From an uncultured Candidatus Binatia bacterium (lineage in GTDB: Bacteria > Desulfobacterota > Binatia > UBA9968 > JAJDTQ01), in assembly GCA_965213675.1 (NCBI GenBank), contig OZ243916.1:1504001-1568000 (forward strand): a DNA stretch of 64,000 nt, in the 5' to 3' direction. Of the stretch, positions 1-9,762 are shown in pieces. Within the stretch, counting starts at the first letter, position 1; each line of letters begins with the position of its first letter. The notes under the pieces were generated by a model. That model did no database searches. It saw nothing but the letters and a program-made list of their open reading frames with translations, and was not told where the DNA came from. Both the position numbers and the translations under genes were made by a program.

Positions 1-798
1 GATGAGCACCGCAGCGGAGCCGTGGGCGTGGGCCTTGGAGTAGCGGCCGGTCTCGTGCTGGCCGATCCACAGGTAGAAGCTGTTGCCCACCATGTGGGGC
101 TCGATGCGCCGGTAGCCGGGGGAGCGGCGGTTGTCCAACGGCAACTCGCAGGTGACGATGTCCGGGATGATATTGGTCTGGCGCATGGCCAGCCCGCGCA
201 CCGGATCGGGCTCGATCTCCTCGTTGGGCTTGTAGTAGTCCTCGGTCTCCTCGTAGCGGTCGGTGAAGACGTAGGGACAGTTGAAGATGAAGTCCGTGTT
301 GTTGAACAGGTTCATGATGTTGGGCGCCGTGGTCCCGGCCAGCAGCAGCGCCGGACTGGAAGTAGCGTTGACGATGCGATGTGTGGCGTTCACCGGAATG
401 GCGAACAGCGATCCCTGCTGCCACTCGAAGGTGTGTTTCCTGTTGCTGCCCTCGGCCCACACCTCCGTGGTGCCACGCCCCTCCACCACGAAATACTGCT
501 CCTCGTACAGGTGCTTCTCCGCGTTCAGCGCGCCGGCCCCCGGAACCTCGACCACGTACGAGCCCCAAAGGCCCTCGGTCCCCAAAAGCTGGATGAAGCT
601 GGCGTTGCCCCCGAGCTGCTTCCACATCTTCCGGGGCAGGTTCTGCACCTTCTCCACGCCGATGTCCCGGTAGATGGGAATCTCCTGCTCTTCCATGAAG
701 CTGTCGTAGGCCGTGTTGGGCCTGAGAAACTTCCCGTAGCCCGCCTTCTGCATCTCGCCCGTGGGCTCCTGCCACTTCTCTTTTCCGTTGCCAGCCAT
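1..798 (-). CDS. Cupin-domain protein (bicupin/dioxygenase-like), 3' end outside window
   Basis: Absent from the ORF track because it runs off the window. Manual translation from ATG 798 (GGAGG RBS at 806-810) gives MAGNGKEKWQEPTGEMQKAGYGKFLRPNTAYDSFMEEQEIPIY...AEKHLYEEQYFVVEGRGTTEVW...FEWQQGSLFAIPVNATHRIVN. H-x-x-E-E and P-x-x-x-x-H are cupin motifs. Confidence 0.75.
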   Translation of the reverse strand, partial: MAGNGKEKWQEPTGEMQKAGYGKFLRPNTAYDSFMEEQEIPIYRDIGVEKVQNLPRKMWKQLGGNASFIQLLGTEGLWGSYVVEVPGAGALNAEKHLYEEQYFVVEGRGTTEVWAEGSNRKHTFEWQQGSLFAIPVNATHRIVNATSSPALLLAGTTAPNIMNLFNNTDFIFNCPYVFTDRYEETEDYYKPNEEIEPDPVRGLAMRQTNIIPDIVTCELPLDNRRSPGYRRIEPHMVGNSFYLWIGQHETGRYSKAHAHGSAAVLI

Positions 799-992
799 AG
801 AAATGCCTCCCTGAGATGTATGGTGAACTGACTCAGTCACTCTGTTTGGTGAGTGGCTCAATATAGACAATCGCGTTCCGAGCGTCCAGGGTCGGGGTGG
901 GGTATCAGCGCAAGCGAGTTTCCCCCGCGAGCCAATTCCGAGGGGCTGCGGGAGCCGGTTAAGACCTCGGCCGCGAGAGTCGCGGAGAGCGG

Positions 993-1259
993 TCAGTCGT
1001 CGCCCGGCTCCTGCATCCAGGCAGGAATGTCCCGAGCCCCGTGAAGCACGCGCCACACATCGACCTCCGCTTCGCGCTCGACATGGAAGACCACGTATGG
1101 AAACCCCTTGACGGTACGGCACCGCAGACCGGGGATACCCAGCTCATGCGCATAGCGGGGCGAGCCGCTGGCCGGCTGAACGCCGATCTGCCGGCGAGCA
1201 TCTTCCAGCGCGTCGATGAAGTCGAGCGCAACCGTCGCTCCCGCCTCCGCCAGATAGTG
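993..1259 (-). pseudogene. ParE/RelE-family toxin, N-terminally truncated
   Basis: HYLAEAGATVALDFIDALE...PASGSPRYAHELGIPGLR...FPYVVF...VDVWRVLHGARDIPAWM is a ParE-like body. The usual N-terminal ~20 aa and an antitoxin gene are absent. Confidence 0.7.
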
Positions 1260-1339
1260 GTCTTGCCTGGGTTTGGTGGACACCTGATAAGAGGCGAAGA
1301 TGGCCTCGGAGGTGACGACCATGACACGGAAGTGAGGTG

Positions 1340-1468
1340 GTCCCACTTCGCGTATGAAAGCGATGCCAGGAAATCGGACGGCAGAATTCCAGCGTAGGTG
1401 GTGCGCCAGCTATCGACGTGGACTCTTGCGCGGGCGGCGGCGACCGCGTGCGCCTCTCTGATGAGCAT
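1340..1468 (-). pseudogene. GNAT acetyltransferase N-terminal fragment
   Basis: MLIREA...ARVHVDSWRTTYAGILPSDFLASLSY resembles a GNAT N-terminus. Similarity ends after ~43 aa and no acetyl-CoA motif follows. Confidence 0.65.
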
Positions 1469-1495
1469 AACCCCGTGGACAGTCCCGTGTCAGGG

Positions 1496-1933
1496 TCAGT
1501 CGAAACAGTCCAACCCCGCGGCGGCGACTCCCACCCGGGCGATGTCCTCGTCTTCGTCGGAGGTGCCGCCGCTGACGCCCACGGCGCCCACCACGTCGTC
1601 GCCGTTTCGGATCAACAAACCGCCGGCGGCGGGGACGACCTTGCCGTCAGCCAAGGCGGTGAGGGCGGCGAGGAAGGTCGGGCGCTCGTTGAGGCGGTCG
1701 GCGATGGAGCGGCTGGAGCCGCCCATGCCCAAGGCGCCCCAGGCCTTGCCGATGGCAATCTGCGGGCGCAGGATGCTGGCGCCGTCCTCGCGCTTGAACG
1801 CCTTGAGGTGCCCGCCGTCGTCGAGCACGGCGACGGCCATGGGCCTGAGTTCCAGCCGGCGCGCTTCGGCCAGGGTCTGGTCCACGATGATCCCGGCGTT
1901 TTCAAGGCTCAGTCTCGCGCTGCTTCGTGCCAT
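1496..1933 (-). CDS. GlcG/HbpS family heme-binding protein
   Basis: MAVAVLDDGGHL...IAIGKAWGA...GGLLI...VGAVGVSGGTSDEDEDIARVG. ATG 1933 has a GGAG RBS. Confidence 0.85.
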   Translation of the reverse strand: MARSSARLSLENAGIIVDQTLAEARRLELRPMAVAVLDDGGHLKAFKREDGASILRPQIAIGKAWGALGMGGSSRSIADRLNERPTFLAALTALADGKVVPAAGGLLIRNGDDVVGAVGVSGGTSDEDEDIARVGVAAAGLDCFD

Positions 1934-4880
1934 GGGTCTCCTCCTGTTCCTGTGTCTCCCGGGCTTCCCGGGTTTGTGACGCGACCGCGGCCGTCGCCGG
2001 GGCGCTGCCCCGGCTCTCCACACGCAGCGGAAGCTGTCCCTCCTTGGTCTCTCCCCAGACGACGGTGCGGTACGGGAACGGGATCTCGATGCCGCGTTGG
2101 TCGAACGCCTTCTTGAGACGCCGGTTGTACTCGCGCCCGATGCTCCACTGGCGGCTGGGCCGGGTCTTGAGACGGGCGCGCACGATCACCGCGGAATCCT
2201 CGAAGCGGTCCACGCCCAGGATCTCGATGGGCTCCAGCATGTCCCAACGGAACTGCGGGTCCTGGCGCAAGGCCTCGTCCACCTCCCTCATTACCGCCAC
2301 CACGTCGTCGGTGTCCTCGCGATAGGCCACGCCCACGTCGAGCACGTAGCGGGAGTAGTCCTTGGTCTTGTTCTCCACTTGCTCGATGGTGCTGTTGGGC
2401 ACAAAGTGCACGTTGCCGCCGAGATCGCGGATGCGCACCGAACGCAAGGTGACCTTTTCCACCACGCCGGTGACCCCGCCCACGTCCACGACGTCGCCGG
2501 CGCCCACGCTCCCCTCCGTGAGGATGAACAGGCCATTGATGACGTCCTTGATGAGCGACTGGGCCGCGAAGCCCACCGCCAGGCCGAAGATGCCGACGCC
2601 CGCCAGGAGCGGCCCGGTCTCCACGCCCACGAGTTGCAGGATCAGCAACGCGCCCACCAGCACCACCAGCAGTTTGACCGACGTCTGCGCCAGTGGCGCC
2701 AAAGTCTGGAGCTTCCGCCCCGCCTCGCGGCTGCCCACCCGGTCCAGCACCCGAGGACGCAACAGGCTGAGCACCGTGGCGTTGCTCAGTTTGACGAGGG
2801 CGACCCCGGCCGCGATCACCAGCGCCATCAGCGCCGCCCGCGCCAGCGCGACCTCGCCCGCGGGCGTGCCCAGGAACTCCGACACCGAGAAGCCCCACAC
2901 CTCGAGCAAGGCGACGGCGGTCAGGAGCGCGAGCGGCAGGTCCACCAGCGCCCGCAACGGGATGCCGAGCCTGCCACCGGACACCGGGCCCTCGGACACC
3001 GGCTCGCCCCGACCGGCCGTGACGCCCTTCCACGCCGCGCGCGCCGCGCCCTTGAGGTAGAAGGACAACAACAGCGCCGCCAGGCCCAGGAGTCCGGACG
3101 TCATGATCCGCTGCCACAGAAACTGGGAAGCGTACTGGTAGCCCGTCAGGTTCAGCGCGATGGTTCCGGCCAGCACAGCCACGACCAGGACATGCACCAA
3201 GGGCCATACCGACCACAGAAAACCCTCCTGCGCGCGGCTTTCTCCGAGCACCGCCTGCATGAGGACCCCCCGGCGGCGGCCTCCCACCGCCAACAGCGCC
3301 AGCGCCACCAGCGAGAACGCGATCATGAGCAGGCGCGCCAGCGCCAGGCTCGCGGCCACATCGTCGCCCGGGGCGTTCAGCAGCAAGTGGCGCGGGACCA
3401 GCAGCACGAAAGCGGAAACGGCTCCCGTCACCACCGCGATACGGAGAACGCGGCCGGCCGCCGGCGTGAGCCCCCAACGCCGCTGGCCGTGGCCGTCCGG
3501 ATCGAAGACCGCCTTGCCGAACAGTCCCGCCCACAGGATCAGCGCGGCGAGCCGCGCCGCCTCCGCCGCCACCGGGCCCAGCGCTCCGCTCTGCAACAGC
3601 CCGAATCGCGGCGCCGCCAGAGTGATCAGGACGATGCAGGCCGGCCAAACCGCGCACTGAACGGCCAACAGCAGCGCCACCCGGTGCGCCGGCGCTTCCC
3701 TGCCACGGGCCCGTTGCACCGCCAAGCGCCGCGCCAGAAGCCGCCCGGTTCTCAGCGCCAGCCAAGGGATCAGGCCAAACAGCAGCGCCGCCGCGACCCA
3801 CGGCCCGTAGGAGGTGGCGAAACGGCTTTGGGACATCCGCCGTTCCGACTGAAAGAGCCGGTGCGCCCGGGCCAGCAGAGCGACGCCGCCGTCCAGGGCC
3901 TGCGCCAAGAGGTTCCAGTTGGGCGGCAGCAGACCCACCGGCTCGCGGTTCTGCAGCCACAGCATCTTGCCCAGAACGAACGTGTACAGGCTCTCCAACT
4001 CGTTCTCGCGCTCGCGCTTGAGGTCCGCCAGCCGGGTGGCGTAATCCGCCAGCGCGTCGAGTACCCGCTCCTGGGCCTGAAGCGCATCCCGGCGTTCCTT
4101 GAGAATCCGCTCCAGTTCCGCGCTCTCCCGCTGCGCCGGTCGCTCCGCGGCGAGCGCCCGCATGCGGTCCCGGGCGTCGGAATCCGCCCGGAACAGCAGC
4201 GTGCCCAACTCGAACAAAACCTGCCGGTATTCCCGGAGACGCCGGCGCAACGACTCCTCGCCGGTGGCCCCGGCGGCGCTCCCCTGCCCCCGATGATGGA
4301 ACTTCTCGAGCTCCACCTTGATGTGACGCGCCACCCAGTCACCGGCGCCGTAACGTTCCACCAGGTCGACGAGCCGCTGCTTGTTGCGCATGTCCTGCGC
4401 CGTGAGGCGTTCCTGCGTCGCGAGGGCGGCGCGCACGCTCTCCAATTCCCGTCGGAACGCAAGGGTCTGCTTCTGGAGCTTCAACACACCCAGTTCGATG
4501 GTGCCGAGCAGACTTTCGACCCGCGACAGGCTTTCCGTGAGCCGCCTCTCGATGAAGCCGATGCGATCATCGACCATGGCTTCTTCGAAATCGAAGTTCG
4601 GCGGCGTGTCCCGCGCCGGGGGCGCGGATTCCGCGGCAGCACCCGCGGCTCGCGCGAGCCGCGACGACCGCGCCTCCACTGCCTCGGCGGGTGCGGTCGT
4701 CTGTGCCTGACCGGCTGGAGCCGCTTGCGGCGGCGCCGTCACCGGCGAGGATTCGGGCGTCCCGGAGGGGTCCGCCACCCAACGAGGTTCGACTCCCGAA
4801 GGCGTCTGACCGAAGGCCGCCGGCGCGGCAAGCCCCGCCACGGCCACCATCACGAGCCACAAACCCGCCCGCGGCAACAT
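1902..4880 (-). CDS. Large MscS-family mechanosensitive channel (MscK-like, periplasmic coiled coil)
   Basis: Signal peptide, long helical region and many TM helices. C-terminal MscS motifs: GLAVGFAAQSLIKD, GDVV..G..G.VE, PNS, GIEIPFP. Start uncertain (4880 or 4928). Confidence 0.85.
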   Translation of the reverse strand: MLPRAGLWLVMVAVAGLAAPAAFGQTPSGVEPRWVADPSGTPESSPVTAPPQAAPAGQAQTTAPAEAVEARSSRLARAAGAAAESAPPARDTPPNFDFEEAMVDDRIGFIERRLTESLSRVESLLGTIELGVLKLQKQTLAFRRELESVRAALATQERLTAQDMRNKQRLVDLVERYGAGDWVARHIKVELEKFHHRGQGSAAGATGEESLRRRLREYRQVLFELGTLLFRADSDARDRMRALAAERPAQRESAELERILKERRDALQAQERVLDALADYATRLADLKRERENELESLYTFVLGKMLWLQNREPVGLLPPNWNLLAQALDGGVALLARAHRLFQSERRMSQSRFATSYGPWVAAALLFGLIPWLALRTGRLLARRLAVQRARGREAPAHRVALLLAVQCAVWPACIVLITLAAPRFGLLQSGALGPVAAEAARLAALILWAGLFGKAVFDPDGHGQRRWGLTPAAGRVLRIAVVTGAVSAFVLLVPRHLLLNAPGDDVAASLALARLLMIAFSLVALALLAVGGRRRGVLMQAVLGESRAQEGFLWSVWPLVHVLVVAVLAGTIALNLTGYQYASQFLWQRIMTSGLLGLAALLLSFYLKGAARAAWKGVTAGRGEPVSEGPVSGGRLGIPLRALVDLPLALLTAVALLEVWGFSVSEFLGTPAGEVALARAALMALVIAAGVALVKLSNATVLSLLRPRVLDRVGSREAGRKLQTLAPLAQTSVKLLVVLVGALLILQLVGVETGPLLAGVGIFGLAVGFAAQSLIKDVINGLFILTEGSVGAGDVVDVGGVTGVVEKVTLRSVRIRDLGGNVHFVPNSTIEQVENKTKDYSRYVLDVGVAYREDTDDVVAVMREVDEALRQDPQFRWDMLEPIEILGVDRFEDSAVIVRARLKTRPSRQWSIGREYNRRLKKAFDQRGIEIPFPYRTVVWGETKEGQLPLRVESRGSAPATAAVASQTREARETQEQEETHGTKQRETEP

Positions 4881-4964
4881 CGTTCTCATTCCAGCTCTCG
4901 CGCGGAATCCGATGACAAGCGGCGTCACCGAACCTTCGCTCCTCGCACGGCATTCCTCAATCTG

Positions 4965-5129
4965 CTAGTGTCGTGTTCCACGTAAATGTTGACGAAGATG
5001 CGCAGGATTTTTCGTTGTCGGCAAGGCGCGATGACGAGCAGTGGCGGTTACCACGCGAGGAAGAGCAACGCAGCCGACGACGTAAAAGACCAGTAGGTTT
5101 GTCAACATTTACGTGGAGCACGACACTCG
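4965..5129 (+). repeat. 165-bp palindromic dispersed element, copy 1 (ERIC/MITE-like)
   Basis: CTAG-TGTCGTGTTCCACGTAAATGTTGAC...GTCAACATTTACGTGGAGCACGACA-CTCG. The core is shared with 19194-19358 and 23714-23878. Another left end (CTCGTGTCGTGTCC) follows immediately. Confidence 0.85.
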
Positions 5130-5181
5130 TGTCGTGTCCGGTTCATCGAACTCTTACTCCACCACTCGCCTCCGATTCAAG

Positions 5182-6600
5182 ATGACATCGCGCGCCGACG
5201 CCCTGCTGCTGGGCACCGCCCTGCTGGTGACGTTTACCACCGGCACCGCCAGCCGCATCTTCGCCATCTCGCTGCCGTCCATCGCCGCGGGCCTGCACAC
5301 CGACATGATCGGCATCTCCTGGGCCTTCATCTCGTACCAGCTCGCCACCGCGGCCCTGTCGCTGGTGTTCGGGCGCGTGGGCGACGTGTACGGCCGCCTG
5401 AGCGTCTACATCTGGGGCATCGTGCTCTTTACCGCAAGTTCGTTCCTGTGCGGGTTGTCCGGGGACATCGCGCAGCTCATCTTCTATCGCGCGCTCCAGG
5501 GCATCGGCGCCGCCATGATCCAGGCCCAGGGACGGGCGCTGGCCATGGACGCGTCCTCGGTGGAGACCCAGGGGCGAGCGCAGGGCCTCATGACCACGGC
5601 GCACCACGGCGGCTTTCTGCTCGGTCCGGGTCTCGGCGGGTTCATCATCCAGTATGTCCACTGGCGCGCCGCCTTCTTTTTCCTCGTCCCTCTCGGCGTC
5701 GCCGCCACCGCCCTGGGACTGGTCTACCAGCGGGGCCGGGAGACCGGCCGCGCGCACACGGCCCGGCCCGCCATCGACTACCTGGGCGCCGCGCTCCTGG
5801 TCGCCGCGACTCTGGCGCTCATGGGGGTCCTCGACCGGCCGTTCATGGAGTGGCTCACGCCGGCGTGGCGCGTCGCCGCGGTCGCAGGGTTCGCGGTGCT
5901 GGCCGCGGGCTTCCTGTGGCGCGAGGGCCGCGCATCAAGCCCCATCCTGAGCCTGGCGCTGTTCCGCAACCGCATGTTCGCCTTCAGCACGGTGACGCTC
6001 TTGCTGGTCACCATCGTCATGACACTGACCGTGTACCTGCTGCCGTTCTACTTGCAGGACGTGCTGCGGTTGAGCCCGTCCTTCATGGGCATTCTGTTCC
6101 TCAGCGCGCCGGTTTTCGCCACCACGCTGTCACCGGCGGGCGGGGTCCTTTCCGACAAGGTCGGCCCGCGCATCCCCGCCACCGCCGGGGCGGCGCTCTT
6201 CGCGCTGTCATGCGTTCTGGGGATCTACTTCGCGCCGGACTCGCACTGGTTGCTGCCGACCTCGGTGCTGGCCCTCGGCGGACTGGGCACCGCCCTTTTC
6301 TTTCCCGCCAACCACACGGCGCTGATCTCCTCCGTGCCGCTGGAGCACCGGGGCGTGGCCACCGGCACACTCTACACCATGTTCGGGCTGGGGAACGTGT
6401 TCGGGATCACCGTGGGAAACTTTCTCATGACCGCGGCCTACCGCATGCACACCGGCATCGCCGGAGCCCTGCCCGCCGCCGAGGACACGGCCCACTTCGT
6501 GTCCGCGCTTCAGGACACGTTCTTCGTCACCACGGGCGTCGCGCTGCTGGGCGTCGCGTGTTCCGTGCTGCGGGGCGCCTCCACGCGGCGTGGCGTGTAG
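5182..6600 (+). CDS. MFS transporter, DHA2 (14-TMS) type
   Basis: Motif A (GRVGDVYGR), RALQGIG, GPGLGG..I....WR, and DYLG after TM6. Confidence 0.9.
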   Translation: MTSRADALLLGTALLVTFTTGTASRIFAISLPSIAAGLHTDMIGISWAFISYQLATAALSLVFGRVGDVYGRLSVYIWGIVLFTASSFLCGLSGDIAQLIFYRALQGIGAAMIQAQGRALAMDASSVETQGRAQGLMTTAHHGGFLLGPGLGGFIIQYVHWRAAFFFLVPLGVAATALGLVYQRGRETGRAHTARPAIDYLGAALLVAATLALMGVLDRPFMEWLTPAWRVAAVAGFAVLAAGFLWREGRASSPILSLALFRNRMFAFSTVTLLLVTIVMTLTVYLLPFYLQDVLRLSPSFMGILFLSAPVFATTLSPAGGVLSDKVGPRIPATAGAALFALSCVLGIYFAPDSHWLLPTSVLALGGLGTALFFPANHTALISSVPLEHRGVATGTLYTMFGLGNVFGITVGNFLMTAAYRMHTGIAGALPAAEDTAHFVSALQDTFFVTTGVALLGVACSVLRGASTRRGV

Positions 6601-6708
6601 CGGCTGTCGCCCCTACACGCATCAGTTCCATGAGGAGCGCATCGGGCTTATCGAATCTTGGCGAGCGGCAGGGGCCGGTTTCGGGCGGATTGGGGGATGT
6701 CCATCCGG

Positions 6709-7791
6709 CTACAGCAACCGCTGGGGCAGGTTCACGAAAGTGCTCATTTCGTGTGGAAGGGCGGCGGGGGGCGCCTGGCACACGTGGGCCGGACGGAGTT
6801 GGTCGATGCGGGTGACGCCGATGAGGCCCATGGCGATGATGATCTCGTTTTCCAGGAGTTGCAGAGCGCGCACGAGACCCTCGTGACCCGCCGCCCCCAG
6901 GGCCCAGCCCTGGAGCTTGCCGATGGTCACGGCCTTGGCGCCCAGGGCCACGGCCTTGAGCACGTCCGTGCCCCGCAGAAAGCCGCCGTCGATGACGATC
7001 TCGGCCTTGCCGCCCACGGCCTGGACGATCTCCGGGAGCGTGTCCATCGTGCCCTGCCCGTGGTCGAGCTGGCGCCCGCCGTGGTTCGAGATGTAGATGA
7101 CGTCCACGCCGTGCTCCACCGCCATGGCGGCGTCCTCGGCGGTGGCCACGCCCTTCAGGATGAACGGCATCCCGCCGATCTCCTTGATGGCGTCCATGGT
7201 GTCCCAAGTGAGCTTGGCCTGCCACAGGCGGTCCTGGGTGGCGCGCTCCCTGCGCTTGCTGGGCGGCAGCCAACGGTTCATCATCTGCCGCTCGCGGTTG
7301 CTGTAGTGGGCGGAATCCACGGTGAGACAGAGGGCCTTGTAGCCGGACTGCTTGACCCGGCCCAGGATTCCTTCAACCCAATCCAGGCCGCCGCGGATGT
7401 AGAGCTGGAATATCTTGTCCGACGGAGTCGCCGCCGCCGTCTCTTCTAGAGCCGGCTCGGTGACCGAACTCACGAAGTTGACCGTGCCGAACTCGTTGGC
7501 CGCTTTGGCCGCGGCCACGGCGCCCTCCGGCGTGATCTGCTGGAGCGATCCGATGGGGGCCAGCATGACCGGAATGCGCAGCTTGTGGCCGAGCACGCTG
7601 GTGGACGTGTCCACTTCGGACACGTCCACCAGCACCCGCGGGCGGAAGGCCAGCGAATCCAGGGCCAGCCGGTTGCGGCGCATGGTGGTCTCCGACTCGC
7701 TGCCGCCGCTCAGGTAGTCCCAAACCGGCTGGGGCAGGTTGCGCCGCGCCTGTACGATCAGTTCCTGGTTGCTGACGAACTGTTCACTCAT
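6709..7791 (-). CDS. FMN-dependent alpha-hydroxy acid oxidase/dehydrogenase (LldD/glycolate oxidase family)
   Basis: DYLSGG, FRPRVL, LTVD, ILKGV, SNHGGRQLD, DGG..RGTDVLKA.ALGA. Confidence 0.92.
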   Translation of the reverse strand: MSEQFVSNQELIVQARRNLPQPVWDYLSGGSESETTMRRNRLALDSLAFRPRVLVDVSEVDTSTSVLGHKLRIPVMLAPIGSLQQITPEGAVAAAKAANEFGTVNFVSSVTEPALEETAAATPSDKIFQLYIRGGLDWVEGILGRVKQSGYKALCLTVDSAHYSNRERQMMNRWLPPSKRRERATQDRLWQAKLTWDTMDAIKEIGGMPFILKGVATAEDAAMAVEHGVDVIYISNHGGRQLDHGQGTMDTLPEIVQAVGGKAEIVIDGGFLRGTDVLKAVALGAKAVTIGKLQGWALGAAGHEGLVRALQLLENEIIIAMGLIGVTRIDQLRPAHVCQAPPAALPHEMSTFVNLPQRLL

Positions 7792-7877
7792 GTTCAAGTC
7801 CTTCCAAACTCATCCGCGCGGCGCCTGCTGCCCCTGGGAGACCGCGCCGCAGGCTCCCAGGGGCAGCACATTCCCGA

Positions 7878-8882
7878 CTACTTCGCCCGCTTCGGGAACA
7901 GCTTCGGCAGGAACTCGTTGGTGTAGACCTCCTCCACCGCCGTCTTTTTCGGAAGCTTCATGTGCTTGGTGATGAGATCGTTGGTGAACACCATGCGATC
8001 CCGGGTCATGTGGCCGATGCCTTCCTTCAAGGCATTGGCGGACAGAAGCGAGTCCACCGCGATGTCGAAGTGCTTCCGCGCCAGGTCCGGGCTGATGGCC
8101 GGGTTGTGCTTGATGAAGATGTCCACGGCCTCCTGCGGGTTCTCCACCGACCAGGCGATGCCCTTGTAGGTGGCCGCCAGGAAGCGTTTCACCAGGTCCG
8201 GCTTGTTCTTGAGGGTATTCTCGGACACCAGCAGCCCGTTGCCGTACGTGGCCATGCCGTGGTCGGCGTAGAGCATGTACAGCGGCGTTTTGCCGACCTT
8301 CTTGGAGGCCGCGTCCACCGTCGGCTTCTCGGTGTAGAAGATCAGGATGGCGTCCACGCGTCCGGCCAGGAGACTCGGCGTGGTGGCCGGCACCGTCATG
8401 TTGACCCAGGTGACCTTCTTGTCATCGAACTTGTTGATGTTGGCGAAGGCCGGAAAGATGACCCGCGAGGCATTGGCCTCGGGCGAGCCGATCTTCTTCC
8501 CCACGAGGTCGGACGGCTTGGTGATCTTGTTCCCCACCAGCGTGGCCACGGTCTCCAGGGTCTTGTCGTGGATCATGCCGACCATCTTGAGCTCGGCGCC
8601 CCGCGACCTGGCCGCGATCATGTTGCCCACCGACGCGAAGCCGAAGTCGTCGGTGCCCGAGGCGATCCGCTTCACGGTGTCGCCGGAGCCGAAGCCCCGG
8701 GTCATCTGCACGTCGAGGCCCGCTTCCTTCCAGAACCCCTTGTCGATGTTCACGTAGAACATGGCGTGCTTGCCGTAGGGGATCCAGTCCAGCGCGAACT
8801 TGACCTTGTCCGCAGCCGATGCGCTGCCGGCGGCGAACAGGTAGACCAGTAAAATCGCAAGGGCGATGGTTATGCGTCTCAT
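7878..8882 (-). CDS. ABC transporter substrate-binding protein, NMT1/THI5/SsuA family
   Basis: Signal peptide, LDW.P...H, GFWKEAGLDV, DLVGKKIG. In an operon with an ATPase and a permease. Confidence 0.88.
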   Translation of the reverse strand: MRRITIALAILLVYLFAAGSASAADKVKFALDWIPYGKHAMFYVNIDKGFWKEAGLDVQMTRGFGSGDTVKRIASGTDDFGFASVGNMIAARSRGAELKMVGMIHDKTLETVATLVGNKITKPSDLVGKKIGSPEANASRVIFPAFANINKFDDKKVTWVNMTVPATTPSLLAGRVDAILIFYTEKPTVDAASKKVGKTPLYMLYADHGMATYGNGLLVSENTLKNKPDLVKRFLAATYKGIAWSVENPQEAVDIFIKHNPAISPDLARKHFDIAVDSLLSANALKEGIGHMTRDRMVFTNDLITKHMKLPKKTAVEEVYTNEFLPKLFPKRAK

Positions 8883-8922
8883 TTCGTGTACCTCCCGATT
8901 TAGAGTTTCTTTTACGACCTCA

Positions 8923-9696
8923 TTACAGATACTGCAGCCCGATGGTCTTCCCCACCTCCCTCACACATTCGGTGAACTCCGCCGACAGCCGCATCTCCGG
9001 GGTCCGGGGCCGCGGCAGTCCGATGTCGATGATGTCGGTGATGCGGCCTGGCCGGGGCGTCATCACCATGACCCGGTCCGCCAGGAAAACCGCTTCCGGG
9101 ATGCTGTGGGTGATGAGCAGGCTGGTCTTTTTCTTTTCGCTCCAGATGCGCTGAAGCTCCATGTTCATCTCGCCCCGGGTCATGGCGTCCAGGGCGCCAA
9201 AGGGCTCGTCCAGCAACAGCAGCGAGGGGTCGTGCACCAGCGCCCGGCTGATGGACGCGCGCTGCTGCATGCCGCCGGACAGCTCCCGCGGGTACTTGTC
9301 CTTGAACTCCGTGAGACCGGTCAGCTCCAGCAACTCCAGGGCCTTGGGATAGTATTCCTCCCTGGACAGGCCCAGTATCTCCACCGGCAACAGGACATTG
9401 TCGATGACCGTGCGCCACTGGAACAGCACCGGGGTCTGGAACACGATGCCGGTGCTCGACTTGGGCCCGGTCACCGGGGCGCCGTTCACCAGCACCTCGC
9501 CGCGGGTCTTGTCGAGCAGACCCGCGATGATCTTCATGATGGTGGTCTTGCCGCAGCCGCTGTGACCGACCAGGGATATGAACTCCTGCTCGTAGACCTC
9601 GAACGAGGCGTCCTCCAACGCGACGATGGGGGCATCCTTGGAAGGATACACCTTGGTGAGGTTCCTGACCTCGATGGCTTTCCCGGTTTCCGTCAT
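8923..9696 (-). CDS. ABC transporter ATP-binding protein (NitT/TauT family)
   Basis: GHSGCGKT, LSGGMQQR, LLLLDEPFGALD, ITH. Confidence 0.93.
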   Translation of the reverse strand: MTETGKAIEVRNLTKVYPSKDAPIVALEDASFEVYEQEFISLVGHSGCGKTTIMKIIAGLLDKTRGEVLVNGAPVTGPKSSTGIVFQTPVLFQWRTVIDNVLLPVEILGLSREEYYPKALELLELTGLTEFKDKYPRELSGGMQQRASISRALVHDPSLLLLDEPFGALDAMTRGEMNMELQRIWSEKKKTSLLITHSIPEAVFLADRVMVMTPRPGRITDIIDIGLPRPRTPEMRLSAEFTECVREVGKTIGLQYL

Positions 9697-9762
9697 CGAT
9701 TTCGGTTCCAAACTCGATACGCCGCAATCTGGCTGGATACCTCCCGTCCGCCCGCAGCCGGC

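Noticed and set aside
22-831. 269-aa plus-strand ORF
   Set aside because: It is the antisense shadow of the minus-strand cupin gene.
2097-4985. Long antisense or alternative-frame ORFs (962 aa here; also 21517-23631, 47502-50348 and many within the adhesin)
   Set aside because: These are typical stop-poor shadow frames of high-GC genes, and the opposite strand carries clear family motifs.
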